Below, piece after piece: positions 8,119-15,945 of a stretch of 64,000 nt of DNA. The notes beneath the pieces were generated by a model. The model made no database searches, was not told the DNA's origin, and was given only the letters and a program-made list of their open reading frames with translations. The stretch is taken from positions 2,752,001 to 2,816,000 of the forward strand of contig CAXXUK010000001.1 in the NCBI GenBank assembly GCA_963665125.2, read 5' to 3'. Made by a program: the position numbers and the translations under genes. Numbering within the stretch: the first letter of the stretch is position 1; each line of letters begins with the position of its first letter. This stretch comes from an uncultured Desulfarculus sp. Its GTDB lineage: Bacteria; Desulfobacterota; Desulfarculia; Desulfarculales; Desulfarculaceae.

Positions 8119-8892
8119 TTGGCTTATATCGAACGCCAAATGATCAGCCTCTGCGGCAAGGCCGTGCACGGCTGGCGCATGATCGCCCACGGCGACCGGG
8201 TGGCCCTGGGCGTTTCCGGGGGCAAGGATTCCCTGAGCCTGTTGTATTTATTGAACGAGCGCCGCCGCCGCATCCCCATCGACTTCGAGATCGTGCCCAT
8301 GCACATCGAGATGGGCTTCGGCAATATCGACGTGGCCGCCTTGGAGCGGGCCTGCGCGGAGATGGGCCTGGAGTTGCGGGTGTTCAACAGCGATTTCGGC
8401 CCCAGGGCCCACAGCGATGAGAACCGCAAGAACAGCCCCTGTTTCTTCTGCACCCTCAAGCGGCGGACCCAGCTTTTCCTGATGTGCAAGGAATACGGCT
8501 GCAACAAGCTGGCCCTGGCCCACCACCAGGACGACATCCACGAAACCTTCATGATGAACCTCATGTATTCGGGCAAGATCGCCACCATGCTGCCGGTGCA
8601 GCCGCTGTTTCACGGCGAGCTGACCATCATCCGGCCTCTGAGCCTGGCCACGGCCGACATGACCCGGCGTTTCGCGGCGCTGAAGGAACTGCCCGTGCAG
8701 CCGCCGTGCTGCCCGTCGTCTGAGAGCACTAAACGCTCCGAGGTGGGCGAAATTCTCGACACCCTTTACCGGGGCAACAAAAAGGTCCGGGCCAACCTGT
8801 GGCACGCCCTGACCCACGCCGGGCTGGCCAGCCTGCCCACGCCGCCGCCAACCATGCGCCTGACCCGCAAAAAATCGGACAACAAAAAATGA
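8119..8892 (+). CDS. ttcA: tRNA 2-thiocytidine biosynthesis protein TtcA family
   Basis: PP-loop VSGGKDS, SPCFFC..KRR, KLALAHHQDD, IIRPL. TTG start after AGGA. Confidence 0.85.
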   Translation: MAYIERQMISLCGKAVHGWRMIAHGDRVALGVSGGKDSLSLLYLLNERRRRIPIDFEIVPMHIEMGFGNIDVAALERACAEMGLELRVFNSDFGPRAHSDENRKNSPCFFCTLKRRTQLFLMCKEYGCNKLALAHHQDDIHETFMMNLMYSGKIATMLPVQPLFHGELTIIRPLSLATADMTRRFAALKELPVQPPCCPSSESTKRSEVGEILDTLYRGNKKVRANLWHALTHAGLASLPTPPPTMRLTRKKSDNKK

Positions 8893-10403
8893 GCGACGCC
8901 AAGTATAAACCGATCATGGTGGTGGGCACCGGCTCCCACGTAGGCAAGAGTGTGGTCACCGCAGCCATCTGCCGGGCTATGGCCCGCCGGGGCCATAGCG
9001 TGGCGCCGTTCAAGGCCCAGAACATGGCCCTCAACTCGGGCATCACCCCTGACGGCGGCGAGATGGGCCGGGCCCAGATCACCCAGGCCGAGTGCGCGGG
9101 CGTTGAGCCCCATGTGGACATGAACCCCATCCTGCTGAAGCCTTCGTCCAACGTGGGCTCCCAGGTCATCGTCTCGGGCAAGTCCATCGGCAATTTCAAG
9201 GCTGTCGAGTATTACAAGCTCAAACCCAAGCTGACCCGCAAGGTCATGGACGCCTTCCGCCGTTTGCAAAGCCGCCACGACGTCATCGTCATGGAGGGGG
9301 CGGGCTCCTGCGCCGAAGTCAATTTAAAGAAAAACGACCTGGTCAACATGGCCATGGCCAAACGGGCCGGGGCCAACGTGGCCCTTGTGGCCGATATCGA
9401 CGCAGGCGGCGTGTTCGGCCAGGTCATCGGCACCATGTCGCTTTTGCCGCCTTCCGAGAAAAAACTGATCCGCGGGGTGATCATCAACAAATTCCGCGGC
9501 GACCCGGCTTTGTTCACCAGCGGCATCGAATTTATCGAAAAGCGGGCCAAACGGCCTGTTCTGGGCGTGCTGCCCCATTTTAATCACATCAGCCTGCCCC
9601 AGGAAGACGGCGTGGCCCTGGAGCGGGGCGAAATGCGCGCCAGCGGCGGAGCCGTGCGCATCGGCGTGCTGCGCATCAGCCACATCAGCAACTACACCGA
9701 CGCCGACGTGCTGGCCGCCGAGCCCGGCGTGGGCCTGAGCTGGGTGGAGCGACCCCACGACCTGGCCGGTCTGGACCTGTTGATCATCCCTGGCACTAAA
9801 AACACCCTGGCCGCCCTGGAGGGCATGCGCCGGGCCGGGCTCATCGAGGCCGTGCGGGCCTATCACGCCATCGGCGGCAGGGTCCTGGGCATCTGCGGCG
9901 GCTATCAACTCCTGGGCCGGGTCATCAGCGACCCCCACGGCGTGGAGGGCCCGCCGGGCAGCCAAGAGGGCGTCGGCCTTTTGCCGGTCGTCACGGAAAT
10001 GGCCCCGGAAAAAACCACCACCAGGGCCCGGGCCGTCGCCGGCGGACACCTGCCCTGGGCCGTGGACGGCCGGGTCTCGGGCTACGAGATCCACATGGGC
10101 CTGACCACCGCCCTGGAGACGGACAATCCGGCCTTTCACCTTGTCTCGCGGCTGGACCAGACCGTTGATGAACCGGACGGCCAAGTCAGCCCCGACGGCA
10201 GGGCGGTGGGCACCTATCTGCACGGCATCCTGGACAATGACGAGTTGCGCTCCGGCCTTCTGGCCTGGGCCGGAGGGGACGGCGGCCAGGCAATGTCCCT
10301 GGACTACGCCCGGTTCAAGGACCAACAGTACGACCTGCTGGCCGATCACCTGGAAAAATACGTGGACTTGCGGCCGCTGCTGGAAGTTGCCGCATCAACA
10401 TAA
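8889..10403 (+). CDS. cobQ: Cobyric acid synthase
   Basis: MVVGTGSHVGKS, PFKAQNMALNS, EMGRAQ, MNPILLKP, EGAGSCAEVNL, ISNYTD, PGTKNT, GICGGYQLLG, GYEIHMG, GTYLHG. Confidence 0.96.
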   Translation: MSDAKYKPIMVVGTGSHVGKSVVTAAICRAMARRGHSVAPFKAQNMALNSGITPDGGEMGRAQITQAECAGVEPHVDMNPILLKPSSNVGSQVIVSGKSIGNFKAVEYYKLKPKLTRKVMDAFRRLQSRHDVIVMEGAGSCAEVNLKKNDLVNMAMAKRAGANVALVADIDAGGVFGQVIGTMSLLPPSEKKLIRGVIINKFRGDPALFTSGIEFIEKRAKRPVLGVLPHFNHISLPQEDGVALERGEMRASGGAVRIGVLRISHISNYTDADVLAAEPGVGLSWVERPHDLAGLDLLIIPGTKNTLAALEGMRRAGLIEAVRAYHAIGGRVLGICGGYQLLGRVISDPHGVEGPPGSQEGVGLLPVVTEMAPEKTTTRARAVAGGHLPWAVDGRVSGYEIHMGLTTALETDNPAFHLVSRLDQTVDEPDGQVSPDGRAVGTYLHGILDNDELRSGLLAWAGGDGGQAMSLDYARFKDQQYDLLADHLEKYVDLRPLLEVAAST

Positions 10404-10451
10404 CCGACTTGGCGCCGATAGCCAAAACGGCTGAAACATCGTCTTTGCTCA

Positions 10452-10502
10452 TTGACGAACGACTCCTTTGGGACTATGTAATAATTTATACATACTCATG
10501 AC
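10452..10502 (+). promoter_or_regulatory. Putative promoter with overlapping dyad(s), candidate metal-regulator operator
   Basis: TTGACG(10452)-N17-TATGTA. Palindrome TATGTA-ataattta-TACATA (10475-10494) and imperfect dyad GTAATA-N13-CATGAC (10478-10502). Confidence 0.45.
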
Positions 10503-10751
10503 CTAGGGAAGCCCAAGAAGGGCGCTCGGGACAAAGGCTCCAGCCGGACACCCCCCCGTACTGACATCTACGTCTTCAACAGCCCAAGAATGGGCTAGGG
10601 ACCTTACCGGTTGCCTTATTATGAAACACTCGCCCTGGGGATCATGGGGTTCGGGCGCTGTGCTGGACGGCGCGCCGTCTGGATTTACCGGTCTGAAGGC
10701 CGGTGGATCATTATGCCCTGGTTCAGCTTGAACCGGGGTTTTCTGTTTTTT
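10497..10751 (+). ncRNA. Candidate cis-regulatory leader RNA (riboswitch/attenuator) of the metal-uptake operon
   Basis: Long-range helix catga-cctaggg / ccctggg-ga-tcatg, several internal hairpins, and a terminator about 30 nt before the first gene. Confidence 0.45.
10715..10751 (+). terminator. Intrinsic terminator inside the leader (attenuator)
   Basis: gccctggttca-gct-tgaaccggggt followed by ttctgtttttt, upstream of the AAGGAG RBS and ATG 10783. Confidence 0.75.
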
Positions 10752-10782
10752 GCGCCGTCACCAATCAGGAAAGGAGTGTTTC

Positions 10783-12024
10783 ATGAAAAGGTGGATTACC
10801 GTAATTGCGGCCATGGCCCTGTGCCTGGCCCTGGTTCCGGGGGCCATGGCCCAGCCGAGCCAGGAAGAAATGATGAAACAGATGATGTCGGAGATTCAGG
10901 CCCTGAAATCCCGCGTCATCGAATTGGAAACTAGGCTGAGCGACGCCAACAAGGCGGCTGAGGATGCCTCCCAGGCGGCCATGGAGGCCAGGGCGACCAG
11001 TTCCAAGTCCCTGAAGATGTCCCAGGAAGTGGCCAGGACCAAAGGCGGTCAGATCGAGGGTCTGTTGACCGAGGCCGGCAAGCGCCTCAAGATCTACGGC
11101 GCCGTGGAGTTGGAAGGCTCCTACTCCAATTACAAGCCCAAGAGCGGCGATTCGGTTTCCGACAGCAACTTCACCATGGCCACGGCCGAGATATTCTTCG
11201 ACGCCACCATCAACAAGTACACCAAGGGCTTGCTCCATTTGCTGTATGAGGATGAAGGCGATGCCATAAACGTCGACGAAGCCTTTATCCTGCTGGGCCA
11301 GACCGATGATATTCCGGCCTACTTCATGGGCGGTAAAATCTATCCGGCCATCGCCTTGTTCGAGACCTATATGGTCAGCGACCCCATCACCCAGAACCTG
11401 TTCGAGACCCAGGCCACTGCCGCCGAGATCGGCTGGGCCCAGGACTGGTTCAATATCGGCGCGGGTATCTTCAACGCCGGTATTCATGAGTCCGGCGACG
11501 CGCCGGACAACAACATCAACACATTCTATGTCAGGGCCCAGTTCGACGCTCCCGAGGGCGCCTTGGGCGAGGACGTGGACCTCAACTTCGGCGTGGCCTA
11601 CATCAACAACATCGCCGCGGGCAACCTGGGTGACGAAGTCGTGGCCGGGGAGCTTCAGGAGATCGTCGGCGGCTTGTCGGCCATGATCAGCGCCCAGTAC
11701 AAGATGATCGCCTTTACCGCTGAATACATGACGGCCGCCGATGATTTCAAGGCGGGCGAACTCAGCTTTGACGGCGGTAAAAAGGCCCGTCCAACTGCCT
11801 ATAACTTTGAACTGGCCTGCATGCCCATCGACGCCTGGACCATTGCGGTGCGTTACGAGGGCAGCGAGGACACCGGCGACTTTGAGCCGGACAACCAGTA
11901 CGGCCTGACCGTTGCCTGGGATTTCCTGCCCGACACGACTCTGAGCCTGGAATACCTGCACGGCAGCTATGAAAACGACGATGACCGCGACCTGTTCACC
12001 ACACAATTGGCCGTGGGCTTTTAA
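10783..12024 (+). CDS. Outer-membrane beta-barrel, LbtU-family-like porin with N-terminal coiled coil
   Basis: Signal peptide, coiled coil (EIQALKSRVIELETRL), GAVELEG, LYEDEG...VDEAFI, GKIYP...F....VSDP.T, C-terminal QLAVGF. Confidence 0.75.
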   Translation: MKRWITVIAAMALCLALVPGAMAQPSQEEMMKQMMSEIQALKSRVIELETRLSDANKAAEDASQAAMEARATSSKSLKMSQEVARTKGGQIEGLLTEAGKRLKIYGAVELEGSYSNYKPKSGDSVSDSNFTMATAEIFFDATINKYTKGLLHLLYEDEGDAINVDEAFILLGQTDDIPAYFMGGKIYPAIALFETYMVSDPITQNLFETQATAAEIGWAQDWFNIGAGIFNAGIHESGDAPDNNINTFYVRAQFDAPEGALGEDVDLNFGVAYINNIAAGNLGDEVVAGELQEIVGGLSAMISAQYKMIAFTAEYMTAADDFKAGELSFDGGKKARPTAYNFELACMPIDAWTIAVRYEGSEDTGDFEPDNQYGLTVAWDFLPDTTLSLEYLHGSYENDDDRDLFTTQLAVGF

Positions 12025-12041
12025 AAAACAAGGGGAACACA

Positions 12042-12803
12042 ATGTGTAAAAAAGGTTTTATCGCGGCCCTGACAATGATGATGATGGGTCTGTCGGGCGC
12101 GGCCTACGCCCACTTCGGCATGGTCATTCCGGATAAAAACATCGTGGACCGGCCCGAAGAAATAAGCGTGCAGATGCTATTCTGGCATCCGTTTGAAAAC
12201 AAGGGCATGAACCTGGTCAAACCCGCCGAAGTCGGACTGGCCGGCGGCGGCGAAAAGGTGGATCTGCTGCCCCAGATCAAGCAGGCCAAGACCATGGATC
12301 ACGAGACCTGGGCCGTCAAGCAGCGGATCAAAAAGCCCGGCGACTATTATTTCTACATGGTGCCCACTCCTTACTGGGAGCCTGCCGAGGACTGCTTCAT
12401 CGTCCACTACACCAAGGCCCCGGTCAGCGCCATGGGAGCCGAAGAGGGCTGGGACGAGCCGGTGGGCCTGAAGATGGAAATCGTGCCCCTGACCAAGCCC
12501 TATGGCCTGTACGCGGGCAACAGCTTCACCGGCCAGGTTCTGTACAAGGGCAAGCCCTTGGCCGGAGCCGAGGTCGAAGTTGAGTTTTACAATGCCGACG
12601 GCAAGCGCAAGGCCCCGGCCGACGCCTATGTGACCCAGTTGGTCAAGGCCGATGGCAATGGCGTATTTTCCTTTACCATGCCCTGGGCCGGCTGGTGGGG
12701 ATTTGCCGCCCTGCACACCGATGAGGACCGTACGATCAAGCATGACGGCCAGGACAAGGACGTTGAGGTCGGCGGCGTCATCTGGGTGTTCACTCACGAA
12801 TAA
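12042..12803 (+). CDS. DUF4198 periplasmic component of a Ni/Co ECF transporter (NikK-like)
   Basis: AHFGMVIP, WHPFE..GM.L.KP, PYWEPAEDCFIVHYTK, EIVPLTKPYGLYAGN, GWWGFAAL. Confidence 0.88.
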   Translation: MCKKGFIAALTMMMMGLSGAAYAHFGMVIPDKNIVDRPEEISVQMLFWHPFENKGMNLVKPAEVGLAGGGEKVDLLPQIKQAKTMDHETWAVKQRIKKPGDYYFYMVPTPYWEPAEDCFIVHYTKAPVSAMGAEEGWDEPVGLKMEIVPLTKPYGLYAGNSFTGQVLYKGKPLAGAEVEVEFYNADGKRKAPADAYVTQLVKADGNGVFSFTMPWAGWWGFAALHTDEDRTIKHDGQDKDVEVGGVIWVFTHE

Positions 12804-12816
12804 ATAGTTGGAAAAT

Positions 12817-12845
12817 CGCCGGGGCCACGCGCCCCGGCGTTATTA
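12817..12845 (+). terminator. Intra-operon hairpin (weak terminator or mRNA stabiliser)
   Basis: Perfect 9-bp stem cgccggggc-cacgc-gccccggcg followed by ttatt. Confidence 0.5.
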
Positions 12846-12856
12846 AGGCATTTGTC

Positions 12857-13456
12857 ATGCATATTTCCGAAGGAGTACTGTCAGCCCCGGTTTTGGTGAC
12901 CGGCGGCGCCTTGGCGGTTGTCGGCACGGCCATAGGCCTCAAGAGCATCGACTACGACAAGCTGCCCAGGGTGGCGGTTTTGTCGGCGGCCTTTTTCGTG
13001 GCCAGCCTGATTCATATTCCCATCGGGCCGGTCGCTGGCCATTTGGTGTTGAACGGTATCGTGGGCCTGTTGCTTGGCTGGGCCGCGTTTCCTTCGATAC
13101 TTGTGGCCCTGGCCCTGCAGGCGCTGCTGTTCCAATACGGCGGAATCATTGTCTTGGGCGTCAATACGGTGGTGATGGCTCTGCCGGCCGTAATCTGCCA
13201 TTACCTTTTCCGGGGTCTGGCCAGATCACCCAACCACACCTTGGGCTTCATGGGCGGCTTCGGTGCCGGGCTGCTGGCCGTGGCCCTGTCCGGAGTGCTG
13301 GCCGCCGCGGCCCTTTTTTACAGCGGCGACAGCTTCTTTACCACGGCGGCCGCGGTGGGGCTCGCCCACATCCCGGTCATGATCGCCGAGGGCTTCATCA
13401 CCGGCTTTGCAGCCGTGTTCATTACCAAGGTGCGCCCGGCCTTGTGGAACTTATAG
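12857..13456 (+). CDS. cbiM: Ni/Co ECF transporter substrate-specific membrane component CbiM/NikM
   Basis: N-terminal metal-binding MHISEGVL, AAFFVASLIH.P.G...HL.LNG, LFQYGG...LGVN, HIPVM.AEG. Confidence 0.93.
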   Translation: MHISEGVLSAPVLVTGGALAVVGTAIGLKSIDYDKLPRVAVLSAAFFVASLIHIPIGPVAGHLVLNGIVGLLLGWAAFPSILVALALQALLFQYGGIIVLGVNTVVMALPAVICHYLFRGLARSPNHTLGFMGGFGAGLLAVALSGVLAAAALFYSGDSFFTTAAAVGLAHIPVMIAEGFITGFAAVFITKVRPALWNL

Positions 13457-13468
13457 AGAGGGAAAACG

Positions 13469-14071
13469 ATGACAAAACAATTGCGAAGCATTATCATTTG
13501 TTTGGTGAGTCTTTTTCTTCTCCAGGCTGGCCCGGCCCTTGCTCACAAGGTAAACATCTATGGATACTCGGAGGGCGGCAAACTGAAGGGGCAAGCCTAT
13601 TTCGCGGGCGGCAATCCGGCCAGAGAGTGCGAGATATTGCTTCTGGATGACAAGGGGCAACAGATCGGTAGCGCCAAAACCGGAGTTGACGGAGCGTTCG
13701 AGATGGCCCTGCCCAAGGCCAAGCCGCCGCTGAAACTGGTGGTTGTGGCCGGCGAGGGGCATCAGGGCGAATTTATTCTGAAGGCCGAGGATCTGGGGCT
13801 GGCCCAGGACGGCGCCCAGCCGACCGCGGAACCGAAACCCGTCGACAGTTCCGCGCCCCAGGCCGCCATCGCCGATACGGCCCAGCTTGAACAGGCCCTG
13901 GCCAAGGTGGTTGAGCAAAAGATCGCCCCCTTGCGGGCGCAAATCAGCCGCATGGCCGCCGAACAGCCTTCCAAGATCAACGAGATCATCGGGGGAATCG
14001 GCTGGATTATCGGCCTGTTGGGCATAGCGGCATTTTTCTTGGCTCGCAGAAAAAACACGGAGCAAGGTTAA
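13469..14071 (+). CDS. Accessory component of Ni/Co ECF transporter (CbiL/NikL-like)
   Basis: Signal peptide then AHKVNIYGYSEG, AYFAGG.PA, GEGH, C-terminal TM IIGGIGWIIGLLG. Confidence 0.82.
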   Translation: MTKQLRSIIICLVSLFLLQAGPALAHKVNIYGYSEGGKLKGQAYFAGGNPARECEILLLDDKGQQIGSAKTGVDGAFEMALPKAKPPLKLVVVAGEGHQGEFILKAEDLGLAQDGAQPTAEPKPVDSSAPQAAIADTAQLEQALAKVVEQKIAPLRAQISRMAAEQPSKINEIIGGIGWIIGLLGIAAFFLARRKNTEQG

Positions 14072-14077
14072 ACTACA

Positions 14078-14839
14078 GTGGTAGGTTTTGAGACAGCGTC
14101 AAACGGAGGAGCCAAGGGGATTCTGGCCCGGCTGGATCCCCGCGGTAAAATCCTGGCGGCCTTCGGGTTCAGCCTGGTGGCGGCGTTGGCCCAAAACGTC
14201 CGGACTGCGGCGGCCTGCCTGGCTTTGGGCCTCATCCTGACCACTGTTTCAAAGCTGCGGCCCGTGCTGGTATTCCGCAGGGCTCTGGCCGTCAATGTCT
14301 TTGTCTTGTTTCTTTGGCTGTTGCTTCCCTGGCAACTCAATCTGGGCCAGACAGTCGAAGCGTCGATGTTCAAGTTCAATCCTCCCGGCCTTGAATTGGC
14401 CGGTCTGATCACCTTGAAGGTCAATGCCGTGTTTTTGGCCCTGTTGGCCCTGTTGGGCACCAGCAATGTCAACGACCTGCTACACGCCATGGCCCACCTG
14501 AAGGTACCCGGCAAGCTGGTCACGCTGTTTCTGTTGTTCTACCGCTATATCCACGTAATGCGCGGCGAACTGGGCCGCCTGCGCCAGGCCATGACGGCCC
14601 GGGGGTTTCAGCCGGGCAACAATGCCCACACCTACCATACCTACGCCAATTTGGTGGGCATGCTCCTGGTGCGCAGCTTCGACCGCTCCGAGCGGGTGTA
14701 CCAGGCCATGCTTCTGCGGGGCTTTGACGGCACGTTTTGGCTGATGGATCACTTTGGCTGGCACCGCCGGGATTCGGTATTCTTGACTTTATCCGCCGTT
14801 TGCCTGGCCTTGGCGGTCGTTCTGGAATGGGGTGTCTAG
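14078..14839 (+). CDS. cbiQ: ECF transporter T component CbiQ/NikQ
   Basis: LDPRGK, LFYRYI....E..RL..AM.ARGF, LLVRSFDRSERVYQAMLLRGF. Confidence 0.93.
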   Translation: MVGFETASNGGAKGILARLDPRGKILAAFGFSLVAALAQNVRTAAACLALGLILTTVSKLRPVLVFRRALAVNVFVLFLWLLLPWQLNLGQTVEASMFKFNPPGLELAGLITLKVNAVFLALLALLGTSNVNDLLHAMAHLKVPGKLVTLFLLFYRYIHVMRGELGRLRQAMTARGFQPGNNAHTYHTYANLVGMLLVRSFDRSERVYQAMLLRGFDGTFWLMDHFGWHRRDSVFLTLSAVCLALAVVLEWGV

Positions 14840-15491
14840 TTTGGAACTGCTTCGTCTTGAAAATCTCAGCTTTGCATATCAGGGTATGCCGCCGGTGCAC
14901 CAGGGGCTTAATTTCAGCCTCAAACAGGAAGACCGCATCGGCATTCTGGGCCCCAACGGAGCGGGCAAATCCACCATGTTTCTGCTGGCCATGGGCCTTT
15001 TGAAGCCCAGCGGCGGCAAAGTATTTCATCGTGGCCGCGAATGCGCCGACGAATCCGGTTTCCGGGCCCTGCGCCGGGACGTGGGGCTGCTCTTCCAGGA
15101 CCCCGACGACCAGCTCTTTTGCCCCACCGTGGCCGAGGATGTGGCCTTCGGGCCCCGCAACCTGGGCCTGTCCCGTGATGAAGCCCTGGAAAGAGTGGAC
15201 CAGAGCCTGGATGCCCTGGGGCTTGGCGGATATCAGAAGAGGGTCACCTATCAACTTTCCGGCGGAGAGAAGCGCCTGGTCACCCTGGCAGCGGTGTTGG
15301 CCATGCATCCCAGCGCCCTGCTGCTTGACGAGCCGAGCAACGGCCTGGACGATGAGCACACGGCCCTTCTCGAACGGCACTTGGCCGCCTCGGGACTATC
15401 CTGGGCAATAGTGTCCCACGACCGCCCTTTCCTGGAGCGCATCTGCACCACTTTATTAAAATTGGAGCACGGCGGGCTGGTGGCGGCCTGA
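14832..15491 (+). CDS. cbiO: ECF transporter ATPase CbiO/NikO
   Basis: GPNGAGKST, LFQDPDDQLF.PTV.EDVAFGP.NLG, LSGGEKR, LLDEP, VSHD. Confidence 0.93.
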   Translation: MSSLELLRLENLSFAYQGMPPVHQGLNFSLKQEDRIGILGPNGAGKSTMFLLAMGLLKPSGGKVFHRGRECADESGFRALRRDVGLLFQDPDDQLFCPTVAEDVAFGPRNLGLSRDEALERVDQSLDALGLGGYQKRVTYQLSGGEKRLVTLAAVLAMHPSALLLDEPSNGLDDEHTALLERHLAASGLSWAIVSHDRPFLERICTTLLKLEHGGLVAA

Positions 15492-15496
15492 GGCAA

Positions 15497-15850
15497 TCAG
15501 GCCCGGCAGCAGTTCATCAGACGACTCAGGCCGGCTTTTTGCTCGGAATCCAAAGCACCGAAGCTCAGACCGCATGAGTGGCGGTTGTTAAACGAATCTT
15601 CCTTGGGTACGGAAGACGTGCAACGGTGCCAGACGAGCTCACAGTCCAGATCAGAAATGAATATCTTGCCTTCACGGACTAGTATATCTATTTTTATCGG
15701 TGAGGAAGTAACCGGACTTGTCGAGTGATATTCAAGGCATATGCCTGAAAAACTGACATCGGACACACGGCCAACCCTGCTGTAGCTCGGCCGCATCACG
15801 GCTATGGCATCACCCTCGGGTTTTTTCCGCGGGCTTCTCCTGCGTTCCAA
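15497..15850 (-). CDS. Stand-alone PilZ domain protein (c-di-GMP receptor)
   Basis: ERRRSPR (RxxxR) and DVSFSG (D/NxSxxG), C-terminal CGLSF..L. Confidence 0.85.
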   Translation of the reverse strand: MERRRSPRKKPEGDAIAVMRPSYSRVGRVSDVSFSGICLEYHSTSPVTSSPIKIDILVREGKIFISDLDCELVWHRCTSSVPKEDSFNNRHSCGLSFGALDSEQKAGLSRLMNCCRA

Positions 15851-15945
15851 AACAGACCCCCTTGCGTGGAATAATGAAGTCTATCCCACGCATCAACAGC
15901 GGGCAACAAAAAAATGTATAATATCCCCTCGTGAATTAGTGTTTT

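Noticed and set aside
10500..10620. Canonical cobalamin, NiCo or yybP-ykoY riboswitch call
   Set aside because: Only fragmentary motif matches; the T-loop hairpin and a canonical B12 box are missing. Kept only as an unclassified candidate.
10621..10731. 36-aa leader peptide MKHSPWGSWGSG... ending inside the terminator
   Set aside because: No RBS and no His/Cys-rich metal-sensing pattern. Translation-coupled attenuation cannot be fully excluded without Ribo-seq.
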